62,012 nt of DNA from Candidatus Parvarchaeum acidophilus ARMAN-5. GTDB lineage: Archaea > Nanobdellota > Nanobdellia > Parvarchaeales > Parvarchaeaceae. The stretch spans positions 1 through 62,012 of the forward strand of contig GG745550.1 of assembly GCA_002412085.1 (NCBI GenBank), in the 5' to 3' direction. Made by a program: the position numbers and the translations under genes. The stretch's first letter is position 1; the number at the start of each line of letters is the position of its first letter. This document shows, piece after piece, positions 36,042 through 45,483 of the stretch. The notes beneath the pieces are model-generated. The model worked only from the letters and a program-made list of their open reading frames with translations. It did no database searches and was not told the origin of the DNA.

Positions 36042-36782
36042 TTACCGATTAAAAGGGCGATATTCATAGAGATTATCAGTATTTTTACTATCCTTTAGAT
36101 CGTAATATAGTTCAGTCATTATTTTTTTTATAGGTTTTTTCCATATATTTTTCGGCATTGTAGTATTAAAATTCATTAATAAGTTTTTCTCATCACTATC
36201 ACGGCAGTAAGAGAATAACTCTTCCTTAAGCATATATATCCTATATAAGGAAAGTTTTTCTTCCTTGTACCCTTTATTCCTTTCACAATTTATTTTTTGA
36301 GAAATGTTTCTAGCCGTCTTATAACGAGAATATTTATTCAGATTTACAGCATTTAATGAAAGCGAAAAACGTATTTCGTCAACATCTGCGAATATTCCAT
36401 TTATATCCCTACTTTTATATGCTCTCTCAACAGTTTTTATCTTTTTAATTATATGTTTTTTTCTGTGCTCTAAAAGTCTATCCGCTCTTATAGTTTCTAT
36501 CTCTACTATCTCACAGATTTTTCTTTCGTTTTCTTTGTATACAATTGCAAGGTCAGCATTCCACCGTTCAGTGTCAGATCTTCTTTTTCCATACCTATTT
36601 TTAGCTGGTCTTTTTACGTTACTGTGTATATATAGAGGATATTCTCCGTCAGCATACATTATATTATCTCTATTATTTTCTATGTAGGAATAACTTGATA
36701 TCTGCATAAGCTTATGTAATATAGAAGGGTTGTTGTCTATGGTGTTTTCTATTAAAACCTCTTCAAGAGTTCTTTTTACCAC
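36042..36782 (-). CDS. hypothetical protein (possible PD-(D/E)xK-like core)
   Basis: Clean 246-aa basic ORF. NADLAIVY...ICEIVEIETI resembles a D...E-x-E/K nuclease-fold motif, but the match is weak. Confidence 0.4.
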   Translation of the reverse strand: MVKRTLEEVLIENTIDNNPSILHKLMQISSYSYIENNRDNIMYADGEYPLYIHSNVKRPAKNRYGKRRSDTERWNADLAIVYKENERKICEIVEIETIRADRLLEHRKKHIIKKIKTVERAYKSRDINGIFADVDEIRFSLSLNAVNLNKYSRYKTARNISQKINCERNKGYKEEKLSLYRIYMLKEELFSYCRDSDEKNLLMNFNTTMPKNIWKKPIKKIMTELYYDLKDSKNTDNLYEYRPFNR

Positions 36783-36834
36783 AAACTTTAATAGCGGTTA
36801 ACTAATATAAATACGATTTGCTTTTTTTATTAGT

Positions 36835-37486
36835 ATGAGAGGGCAATTTTCTTTTGAGTTCGTTATAGACGTAGCTTTTGTTCTTTTACTTGTAACTTTT
36901 ATAGCCATTTTCTTTGCGCATATCTCTCCAGGCAGTTCAACTATATCTAAAATGAGTGGGATTTGCTCAGAAATAACAAGTTCAATAAACTCTTTGTCTA
37001 CTTCTAATGGGTTTACAGAATTAGCGTATATCCCTCTTTTATCATATACAAGCTTTCAGAATTATACAATAAACATATCGAATGGCATAATGATAATCTA
37101 TGAAAGTTCGCTTTATGGAGGTAAACTACTTGCTGGTCAAGATTTGGTTTCCTGCGGTGCAAACACTATGCTTACAGAGAACGAATCATTTGAGCTCTCA
37201 AACCTTGTTGCATACACAAATAATTCGGATATAGCACTTGCTTATGAATATGCTAATTATTCCGATAGTTTGCCTTATTATATAAACATTGGAGGGTTTA
37301 CAGGAGATGTAATTTATCTTTAGAATATGCCAATGGGACCTATTCAACACTCGCAGTTAAGATTCCCCTTTTATTTACTTTGCTAATACGGAATCTATAC
37401 CTTTACCAGCTGGAGAATATAATTATGTAGCGACCAGTATTTCTAATCCAAGAATATATGTTGATTTGCCTTTTTCTATTGGTTAG
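36835..37486 (+). CDS. class III signal peptide (pilin-like) protein, with two apparent -1 frameshifts (about 37318 and 37361-37390)
   Basis: MRGQ/FSFEFVIDVAFVLLLVTFIAIFF (canonical QxSxEF). After the stop at 37321, frame 3 reads LEYANGTYSTLAVKIP... Frame 2 then reads ...FIYFANTESIPLPAGEYNYVATSISNPRIYVDLPFSIG*. Confidence 0.55.
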
Positions 37487-37678
37487 ATAATCTGTAATTC
37501 AAAACGAAAGTTTTCAAAAGCGTTTATATTTTTACAGCGTAGAATAAAAAATCCAGCGTTATACCCAACCAGTTTATAACTTGTTTATAGCGTGATATGG
37601 TATGAAAAGCAAGATATTATTTTCATGTAATAGAAAGATAATAATAAACACTAGTTATAAGACATTATATAGATTAAT

Positions 37679-38402
37679 TTAATACATTTCGTTTTTTTCA
37701 GTGACTTTTTTAAGTATATTACTGATCCTTAGATTTTTATTTAATAGAGCAAGCTGGTATTTAGCGCTATCTTTAATTATTTTTTTATTCTTTTCACTAA
37801 GTTTGAAACTACTAATTTTTGAAATTTCAAAGTAATTTTCTTTTATATTATCATTGTTTAGCAGGGAATAAAGTGAAAAATGCTTTTCCACAGTCTCTAT
37901 GGCCTCATCTATGCTTGTTTTTGATACAAAAGATGCCAAAGCAAAAAAACCAGAAAGTGGTTTTATACTGTTTTTACAGTTTAAAAGTCCATATCTAGTA
38001 GCCTCCGATTCTGGGTATGCACCCAGTTGGGTTTTCTTTATCGTTAAGTATATCGCCAAGTTTATGGAAGTATCTAGAAACGTTCTCGTTTTTATGTTCT
38101 TTGTCATGAAAATGTCCTAATTCGTGGTATATAAGAAATCTAGCCCCTTCTTTAAGCGATTTTAGTTCATCAAGTACGCACACAAAATAAAGTAGTTCCT
38201 TCATGCTCTTCTCTATTGCAATTTCCCCATGTCCTAATGTATAAGCCATTGCAGAACCAAATATAATCGAATCTGTGTTATAATTCCGTAATTTAAATTT
38301 TTCTTCTATTGACAGGCTTTCTCTTAAAAATGCCCCATACATTTCGTTATCCTTCATTAATCTTTTGAGTAATTTATTCGTCATTAGCAAATTAGACATC
38401 AA
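37679..38402 (-). CDS. HExxH zinc-metallopeptidase-like protein (ImmA/IrrE-like), apparently frameshifted
   Basis: FLIYHELGHFHD motif. Two same-strand ORFs (37995-38402 and 37679-38107) overlap by 113 nt in different frames, consistent with one interrupted gene. Confidence 0.5.
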
Positions 38403-38500
38403 ATAATATAAAAAGCTTATTTTTGCTTTTATTTAGTTGTAAAATAATGAAATATTAATAATTTTGCAAGGCTTTATTAGTTTAGTCAATACCTCTTAAT

Positions 38501-39595
38501 GTGGAAGGAGAGATAATATACACATATTTTTATGATTTTGCTGATAAAATAAACTTGAACGAAGTAAAGACTTATTTAAGAAAGGCGGAAGAGTTTTCAT
38601 TTTTTGAGTATGGTAAAGCGGTGCCAGAGGGTTTGAATCCATTTGAGTTACCGGTGCTTTTAAATGGCGAAAAAAAAGAAGTAAAATTTGATTCAGTTTC
38701 TTTAACAGTAAATCTCCAATGTTTAATTTATTCGGTAGGAGCCATGGCCATAAGAGTAAGGACCAAACTTCCAGATATTACTCAGCAATTAATCAATAAA
38801 ATAACATTCGATAAACGTTTTGAGAAAAGATTCAAAGAAGTTGCAGACGAACTAAAAAATAAAGTAGAAAAATCCCTATCAAAATATATAGTTGTAAAAG
38901 AAAGGAAGATATTCGAAATGTACCGGCAGTATTTTCTGGAACAAACCCAGAAAGATTTCTTTGAAAAAAATAAGAGTTGGATAGCAGGCATACTTCTGGA
39001 CGAGCAGAACTACAAAGAATTATCTGAAGATTATGTAAATAGTACATTAAAAAGAGATATAAGATACTACCAATATGATTATTTTGTATTCGATTGGGAC
39101 GCTATGTTTGCTCTATCTTTTTCTAGTAATTATGAAAATGAAATCACAGTGTGTGATACAGCAAATATACAACTTTTAGAGTATAGAATTTATCAGGAGG
39201 AAGTAGACAAGATGATAGATTACGTAAATGACAGATTCCTTGGAATGCGTAAAAGTCCTTTGTATGCCTTAGTTACAAGGAGAGCAATGATAAGGCTAAG
39301 CAAAGAAATAAGCGATTTCTATACCGAGTATAAGGATCTTATAGGGGGAGTAAATAAGATAGTTATGAGTTTTGGAGAATGGTATCTTTCCAAGGTTTAT
39401 TCCGCTCTTTCAGATTCTTTTAGACTTACAGATTTAGAGAAGAGGCTACAGAGCACTTTTGACATGCTTGTAAATATAAGAAACTTCATACAAGATCAGG
39501 TATCTGAAGATACCAGCTCATTTCTTGAATGGATAGTTATAATACTTTTTTTAATAGAAATAATACTTCTTTTTCTCCCTTCTTTTAAAATATAA
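38501..39595 (+). CDS. RMD1/DUF155-like protein with C-terminal TM helix
   Basis: GTG start. The C-terminal ...SSFLEWIVIILFLIEIILLFL and preceding helical region resemble the DUF155 (YagE/RMD1) family. Assigned from memory of the family pattern. Confidence 0.45.
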   Translation: MEGEIIYTYFYDFADKINLNEVKTYLRKAEEFSFFEYGKAVPEGLNPFELPVLLNGEKKEVKFDSVSLTVNLQCLIYSVGAMAIRVRTKLPDITQQLINKITFDKRFEKRFKEVADELKNKVEKSLSKYIVVKERKIFEMYRQYFLEQTQKDFFEKNKSWIAGILLDEQNYKELSEDYVNSTLKRDIRYYQYDYFVFDWDAMFALSFSSNYENEITVCDTANIQLLEYRIYQEEVDKMIDYVNDRFLGMRKSPLYALVTRRAMIRLSKEISDFYTEYKDLIGGVNKIVMSFGEWYLSKVYSALSDSFRLTDLEKRLQSTFDMLVNIRNFIQDQVSEDTSSFLEWIVIILFLIEIILLFLPSFKI

Positions 39596-39670
39596 TATGC
39601 ATAAACATAAGAAAAGTCTAATAACTTTAATATATCCTTGATAACTATACTTTTTGACAGCAGAATAGAT

Positions 39671-39864
39671 TTTGATGGAGTAATATTCGATTTTGATAAT
39701 CACTTATAGATACTGCTTCAGTAATAAATGACGCTTATAAACTGTTTTTTCAACTATAGCTAGGATTTTAATCTTGATAGTGAGAAATTAATAGAAAAAG
39801 CGGATTTTTTTAGAGAGAAAAGATGAAAGAGCTAGCTCTTTCAAAAAATTATACAATGGTGTAG
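39671..39864 (+). pseudogene. decayed HAD-hydrolase gene fragment
   Basis: Reads FDGVIFDFDN, then (after a frame change) LIDTASVINDAYKLFFQL, then (after another) DFNLDSEKLIEKADFFREK, with several stops. Compare the intact paralog at 53395: IIFDFDNTLVNTHHAINYAYSEISKRLADKLNLDQESLKEKMF. Confidence 0.55.
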
Positions 39865-39964
39865 ATTGAAAATCAGCAGATATTAATTCGAAACATCTCT
39901 AATACTATGGTATAGGGGTTTCAAATCCTTTCAAACAGTTAAATTCGATAAAGAGACAAAGTCT

Positions 39965-40834
39965 ATGACACAAAAATTTGGTACAAAGAGTAAAGTAGGG
40001 TTAGCACTAGAAAGCTGTGGCGTCGGTGTAAACATAATAGGTAATGAGGCGTTGGTGTCAAAAACCGTTAATGATAAATTAATAAAAAAAATTGTAACGT
40101 CTCCTTCTATACATATTGTAAACAAGAATTATCCATCAGTTTTTGTTAACTTATCCAAGAAATTCAGGCTGGAAGAGGGCTATCCTAAGTCAATATATTA
40201 TGGTAACAACACAAACGATATAGTTTCCATAGCAAAACATTTATTGGAGCGCCCCAAACAAGAAAATGGGATGTATAGCATACATGGTAGCGCTGTAAGC
40301 AAGGAAGGAAAAGCAATTTTTCTATTTGGATGGAAAGATACTGGAAAAAGCAGCACTGCCATAAACCTCGTAAAAAATAAAGGATTCAAGTTTGTGTCAG
40401 ATGGGCAGGCAACTATAAATAATAATGCTAGGATAGTAGGAAAAATTAAACTTCTAGAAGAATTATCCCCTTATATAAAAGAACATTATAAGATTTCCGA
40501 AAATATAAAAGAATTAAAGCAAGACGATCAAAAAGAAAGACCAAAAATAATAGCCTTTGTATATCCTCAGATAACAAATAGAAATGTCACTATAAGATGG
40601 GGTAAAAGTAAGAAATCTATCTTTCACATGTACGAACTTTTAAGCATAGAAATACGTGGCATATATAACTGTTATATAAATGGGTTTAGAAGACCTCTAA
40701 GCTCACTTGATACTATTAGCTTGTCTGTTAAACGTGTAGCGTTAGCAAGAAAATTCGCAGAGACTATACCAATAATTCAGATAAAAGGCAATATGCACTT
40801 TATCTGTAATGAGATCGAAAAACTGTTTAACTAA
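39965..40834 (+). CDS. HPr kinase/phosphorylase C-terminal-domain-like P-loop protein (paralog A)
   Basis: IHGSAVSKEGKAIFLFGWKDTGKSSTAINLVKNKGFKFVSDG matches the HprK signature (H-G-S-x-V..G.A.L..G.SG.GKS..A...G..LV.DD). Confidence 0.65.
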   Translation: MTQKFGTKSKVGLALESCGVGVNIIGNEALVSKTVNDKLIKKIVTSPSIHIVNKNYPSVFVNLSKKFRLEEGYPKSIYYGNNTNDIVSIAKHLLERPKQENGMYSIHGSAVSKEGKAIFLFGWKDTGKSSTAINLVKNKGFKFVSDGQATINNNARIVGKIKLLEELSPYIKEHYKISENIKELKQDDQKERPKIIAFVYPQITNRNVTIRWGKSKKSIFHMYELLSIEIRGIYNCYINGFRRPLSSLDTISLSVKRVALARKFAETIPIIQIKGNMHFICNEIEKLFN

Positions 40835-41682
40835 GACTTAAAGTGCACATAAGGTATAGCTTTTTTGAGAGGGTCTTCTTCTTTTAGTAGCATAGAAATT
40901 ATATTCGATAGTGTGTTGATACCTCCTTCATAAAAGTAAAACGGAACATAACTAGCTTCATTACAAAATTTTATCCTCTTTTTAGCTAATTCATTTGTAT
41001 CTAGCGAAGGTAATGGGTATTCTATTTCTCCTAAATAACCTCCTACTCCTCTGCTATTAGAGGATACCCATGACCACATAAGAAACTGTAGATTATCATA
41101 TGATAACTTTTGTAATATACACTTATTATCTTTTGGATTATAAACAGTTTTCAATTTTATTATACCAACTACTTCTAAGTCAGCCGCGGCGGTTTTACCA
41201 AAATTTACATATCCTCCGTTATCATGCCAAATTTTTGGATAAGAATATCTATTCCCTCCAACGAATTCTAATTTTTGCCCTAAGATTTTAAGTAATATAC
41301 TATCATCGCCACCTATATTGTAGAATTCTCTGAGCTCGTATGCGGTTCTGCTCTTACCCGCTAAGCTGTCTCCCTGTAGGATGACACATTTATTTCCTTT
41401 TGCGATTGCTGCGCCTTCCATGGTATATATTCCACTGTTTTCACCGCAGAACTCTAATAGACTGTTCGCAAGAACTATATTGTCTTTGGCCTGCATTTTA
41501 TATAATAAGTCCTCTTTCTCCAAACCAGCTATTTTAGTATATCTCTCCAAAACATCCTCTAAGCTTTTTGAATGTTTTGCAGATATGACACCCGGTATCC
41601 GTAAAAATATATAATTTTTGTCAATTTGATCGCTTATGTAAACATCGCCTCGCTTCGTATGAACATAATACGAGCCTGTCAT
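40831..41682 (-). CDS. HPr kinase/phosphorylase C-terminal-domain-like P-loop protein (paralog B)
   Basis: MEGAAIAKGNKCVILQGDSLAGKSRTAYEL...GGDDSILL. Shares the C-terminal PL[SP]SLDT motif with paralog A. The stop codons of the two genes overlap. Confidence 0.65.
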   Translation of the reverse strand: MTGSYYVHTKRGDVYISDQIDKNYIFLRIPGVISAKHSKSLEDVLERYTKIAGLEKEDLLYKMQAKDNIVLANSLLEFCGENSGIYTMEGAAIAKGNKCVILQGDSLAGKSRTAYELREFYNIGGDDSILLKILGQKLEFVGGNRYSYPKIWHDNGGYVNFGKTAAADLEVVGIIKLKTVYNPKDNKCILQKLSYDNLQFLMWSWVSSNSRGVGGYLGEIEYPLPSLDTNELAKKRIKFCNEASYVPFYFYEGGINTLSNIISMLLKEEDPLKKAIPYVHFKS

Positions 41683-41804
41683 ATTATATTACTGAAGTGT
41701 AGTGTATATAAGCTTGTAAAGGAGTCAAATTTTTAATTCTGTATAGCTTATTTTTGTTTTATTTGGTTTTAGCACGAGTCCGCGTATGAAACCGGGAATA
41801 GATC

Positions 41805-42644
41805 CTACAGCATAAAGTGGATATAAACAAAAAATAAGAGGGTAGGGTATAGACCGAGTTTCTTACGTGCTATCGGCAATCTCGATAAGTGAATTTTCAT
41901 TAGCATTTCAGTGTAGTAATCCAATTTTCCAAACAGTTTCCTATTTATTCCGCTGCCAACACCGTAAGTATAATATTTCTTAATAAGCTTACGTGTGGTT
42001 AGAGGGTGCTTATGCTTTACAAGAATAGTCGGATCGAAAATAGCTTTTTCTTTAGTCTTCCGCATATTCAATATAGTAAAATATAGGTCGTCCCCGGCGT
42101 ATAAGCCTAAATTTGGGATCTCTTTAGTATAAAGAAATTTTCTATTCAATGAGAAATTGTTTCCGCTTACAGCTATTATATGGTACCCATCAAACTCTTG
42201 TGGCTTTTCAAGAAAATATTTGTTGGATGAAAGGCAGTATCTGACATAAAATGCATTTGTCAAAAGGCTTTTTCCGTCAAAAATAGCATTTCCAAAAACG
42301 AAGAGATACCCTTTTTTTAGCCATTTTAGATGTTGTGATTTTATATCTCTACTTAATGGTTCACAGTCACCGTCTAGGTGTAGTATGTAATCGTTTTTAG
42401 CAACCTTTATACCTATGCTTTTTGTCGCCCACGGACCATATGGCTCATCCATTACTATAAGCCTTGATTTTGTGTTTAGGCTCTTAAGCTTTTTCTTTAT
42501 CTCATCTTCTTTGTTGTCGTGATCGTCTATAACCACTATTTCATCCACTTTTTGACCATCTAAGTAATCCAATAGTGAAAAAAGTTTGGCTCCGTGGTTG
42601 TACGTGCTTATAATGACGCTTAGTTTATAACCCATAAGGTACAC
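41805..42644 (-). CDS. GT2-family glycosyltransferase
   Basis: LSVIISTYNHG N-terminal motif, VVIDDHD and HLDGDCEP (DxD). Confidence 0.75.
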   Translation of the reverse strand: MYLMGYKLSVIISTYNHGAKLFSLLDYLDGQKVDEIVVIDDHDNKEDEIKKKLKSLNTKSRLIVMDEPYGPWATKSIGIKVAKNDYILHLDGDCEPLSRDIKSQHLKWLKKGYLFVFGNAIFDGKSLLTNAFYVRYCLSSNKYFLEKPQEFDGYHIIAVSGNNFSLNRKFLYTKEIPNLGLYAGDDLYFTILNMRKTKEKAIFDPTILVKHKHPLTTRKLIKKYYTYGVGSGINRKLFGKLDYYTEMLMKIHLSRLPIARKKLGLYPTLLFFVYIHFML

Positions 42645-43782
42645 AAGTTATTAAAAACATATACGGCTGTTTTTTATTTTGAACCTGCGGAATTGGTAGA
42701 TTTCTTTGTCCTAATGGCATATATACGGGATATCTGTATCCTATCTTTGATACATTAACATTAAATCCGGAATTTTCCAATAGATTAGTGACAGAATCCA
42801 GTCTTAGTTTTTTATAATATTCAGGGGTACTTGCATTGTAAACTTTTCTATAGGAATCGCGTACTTTTCTCCATGCGGATTCTGTATTATCCAGAGTCAA
42901 TATAAAAACACCATCTTTCGAGAGCGCTGATCTAATATTTCCGATAAAACTATAAGGATCTTTTATATGTTCAATCACTTCTGCACATACAATAGTATTA
43001 TATTTTTTATTCGTCTTAAATTTCTCTGCAACACCATCAATGAAATTTATTCTGTGTCCAAATCTCTTCATAAGTATAGTCCTAAAATCTGGATTTAATT
43101 CCAATAGATCAACGGTTTTGAAATTTCTAAGTATCAGATCGGTAAGTCTTCCATACCCAGGCCCAATCTCTAAGACAGGTCCAGAACATTTTAGTAATAA
43201 TTTTTTTAACTCATTTTCTTCTTCTTTAAATACTATTTTAGGGTTCAGTTTCTCTTCTTTCCACCAGGTTTTAACGGTCCCGGAATACGCGAAATACGTA
43301 AAACCTAATGATGGTCTAAAATCTCTAGCTCTAAGTGAGGCATATAACTCTTTGTATTTATCAGACTTACGTGACAGAAAAAACATACCATCAGTAAATC
43401 TCCACCCAAGGTTTAATATATCCTTTAGTTCTTCTGGATACACCCATTTAACCTCTTTAAGTTCTCTTAATGCCTTTGGGAAAGGGGTGCCTTCTATTTC
43501 AGTGATTAGAAAATAATGCTCAAATTCTGTGTGGCCCCAGTGAACAGATTGATTTTTTGAACCAAGCCACTCTACATTTTTAATTTTTATCCCAATTTCT
43601 TCCCACAGTTCTCTCTTCAGTGCAGAAATTGGTGTCTCGCCTTTCTCTATACCCCCTCCTGGCAACTCCCATAGGTACATGTGGTTTCTCATGTTTCTAA
43701 GATCGATTAAAAACTTTCCATCTATTAATATTATTCCAACAACACCGTTTCCTTCTGCGGTTACTATTTTCTCTGCCTTCAT
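42625..43782 (-). CDS. Nudix hydrolase / class I SAM-methyltransferase fusion protein
   Basis: Nudix box LPGGGIEKGETPISALKRELWEEIGI in the N-terminal half. Methyltransferase motif I VLEIGPGYGRLT in the C-terminal half. Confidence 0.75.
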   Translation of the reverse strand: MKAEKIVTAEGNGVVGIILIDGKFLIDLRNMRNHMYLWELPGGGIEKGETPISALKRELWEEIGIKIKNVEWLGSKNQSVHWGHTEFEHYFLITEIEGTPFPKALRELKEVKWVYPEELKDILNLGWRFTDGMFFLSRKSDKYKELYASLRARDFRPSLGFTYFAYSGTVKTWWKEEKLNPKIVFKEEENELKKLLLKCSGPVLEIGPGYGRLTDLILRNFKTVDLLELNPDFRTILMKRFGHRINFIDGVAEKFKTNKKYNTIVCAEVIEHIKDPYSFIGNIRSALSKDGVFILTLDNTESAWRKVRDSYRKVYNASTPEYYKKLRLDSVTNLLENSGFNVNVSKIGYRYPVYMPLGQRNLPIPQVQNKKQPYMFLITCVPYGL

Positions 43783-43834
43783 ATTAAATTAAATAGCTGA
43801 TATGATTTATATCTTAATAAATTAATATTTAGAT

Positions 43835-44911
43835 ATGAAAATACTCGTACTTCAGCCTAGGATCTCATACTATGTGGGTGGGGGAGAAATTGTGCCGTCA
43901 TATCAAATGGCAGAATTATCCAAGTTAGGGAACGAAGTTATGTTAATAACTACAAAGCCTTCAAAACCGTCAGAGTACTTACAATTACTAAAAAAAGCGG
44001 GTGTTAAGATTACTTTTTCTAGTGTAAAGTCTTTAGATAACGTTTATCATGCTGGTGCAAGAATTCCATTTGAGTCATGGAATTCCGAATCTCTCATGAT
44101 GCAACTAGATTCCATAGAAACTATAAAAAGAAGCGATCCAGACGTGATAGTCTCCCACTACTCGCATGATCACATAATATTAGATAACAAGAACATTGTT
44201 CTGCATCTACATGGCTATCCTGAACATAGCATAGAATCCGCGGGTATAGGACTTAAAAGGGCAAGAGCGATAGTATCTGTTAGCTCCGAAGTCAAAACGA
44301 AATGGCATTCTCTTTTTCCAGAATTCTCGCACAAAATAAAAAAGGTCCTTCATAATGGTATAGCCACAGAGTTGTTTAAACCTATAGAAACAAAAAAGAT
44401 ATATGATTTAATCTTTGTTGGAAGGCTAATAAAGATAAAAGGTTTAGATTACCTAATTAAAGCGATTGAGGGAAGTAACCTGAAACTAGCAATTGTCGGC
44501 GAAGGCCCGGAAAAAGAAAAACTTTATGCGCTTTCAAAAAGATTAAAAGTTAAAGTGAATTTCTTAGGTTATGTTAAATTTAGGGATCTACCATTAATTT
44601 ACTCACGTTCAAAAATAGGAGTCTTCCCATCTTATTCTAGGGAAGGGGTCCTAACAAGTATGTTAGAGGCTATGTCTTGCGGTTTAGGAATTGTAACTAC
44701 AGACCAAGGTGGTATGAAAGAGGCATTGAAGTTTGGTGGTGGAGTAATAGTTGAATCAAGAAGTGCTTCTTCATTAGCCAAAGGAATAAATGAGGTCTTA
44801 TCAAATTACTCTGACTTTGGAAATTCTGCACGGGAAGTGGTCAAGGAGCATTTTAATATACAGGAAAACTGCAGTAAACTCGAAAAATTCTATAGAGAAG
44901 CGGTTCATTAA
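43835..44911 (+). CDS. GT4-family glycosyltransferase
   Basis: FVGRLIKIKGLDYLIKA, VGEGPEKEKL and SREGVLTSMLEAMSCGLGIVTTDQGGMKE (EX7E). Confidence 0.8.
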   Translation: MKILVLQPRISYYVGGGEIVPSYQMAELSKLGNEVMLITTKPSKPSEYLQLLKKAGVKITFSSVKSLDNVYHAGARIPFESWNSESLMMQLDSIETIKRSDPDVIVSHYSHDHIILDNKNIVLHLHGYPEHSIESAGIGLKRARAIVSVSSEVKTKWHSLFPEFSHKIKKVLHNGIATELFKPIETKKIYDLIFVGRLIKIKGLDYLIKAIEGSNLKLAIVGEGPEKEKLYALSKRLKVKVNFLGYVKFRDLPLIYSRSKIGVFPSYSREGVLTSMLEAMSCGLGIVTTDQGGMKEALKFGGGVIVESRSASSLAKGINEVLSNYSDFGNSAREVVKEHFNIQENCSKLEKFYREAVH

Positions 44912-45483
44912 CTGTTTTTTCTCTTATATTCCATTATTTTTGTACCTTTAACCAAATATAATGAAACCTTATCAAAAGATGGAAACTTTCTAAGCTTCTG
45001 CATAATATTTATAGAATCATCAAAAAATGCATATTTTTCATACTTTCCAAGCAGTGATTTCAAGTAGTTTATCTTGAATTTTTCGCCATCTCTGCTATTT
45101 TTGCGGTCTAGAACTAATTTTTGAAATGGTATATTTTCTTTCACTAAACTTTTAATAGTATATCTTTTGACTGTATTCCATCGGGTACTTATAACAATGA
45201 TATAATACCCTTGCAGCTTTAGAGACTGACATCTTTCTATGACTGAGTTATTTACTTTATACATCTTCCAGTATTTTCTGCTCGCCAAAGTAAATATTTT
45301 AACTCTCACGTCAAGTGGCAGTTTTTTAATCTTAGATCTTGTGAGCTTCTTATTCAGTACATCATTTGAAGCCATTTTACATGCCGCATCTGTAAAAAAC
45401 AGCGTATTATCATAATCGAATATGGCAATCTTTTTAATGCCCATTCTTGTACTGGCATTTTTATTTTCCATAATTGTTTTCAT
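44908..45483 (-). CDS. HAD-like phosphatase
   Basis: Motif I IAIFDYDNTLFF and a late FFDDS motif. Confidence 0.55.
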   Translation of the reverse strand: MKTIMENKNASTRMGIKKIAIFDYDNTLFFTDAACKMASNDVLNKKLTRSKIKKLPLDVRVKIFTLASRKYWKMYKVNNSVIERCQSLKLQGYYIIVISTRWNTVKRYTIKSLVKENIPFQKLVLDRKNSRDGEKFKINYLKSLLGKYEKYAFFDDSINIMQKLRKFPSFDKVSLYLVKGTKIMEYKRKNS

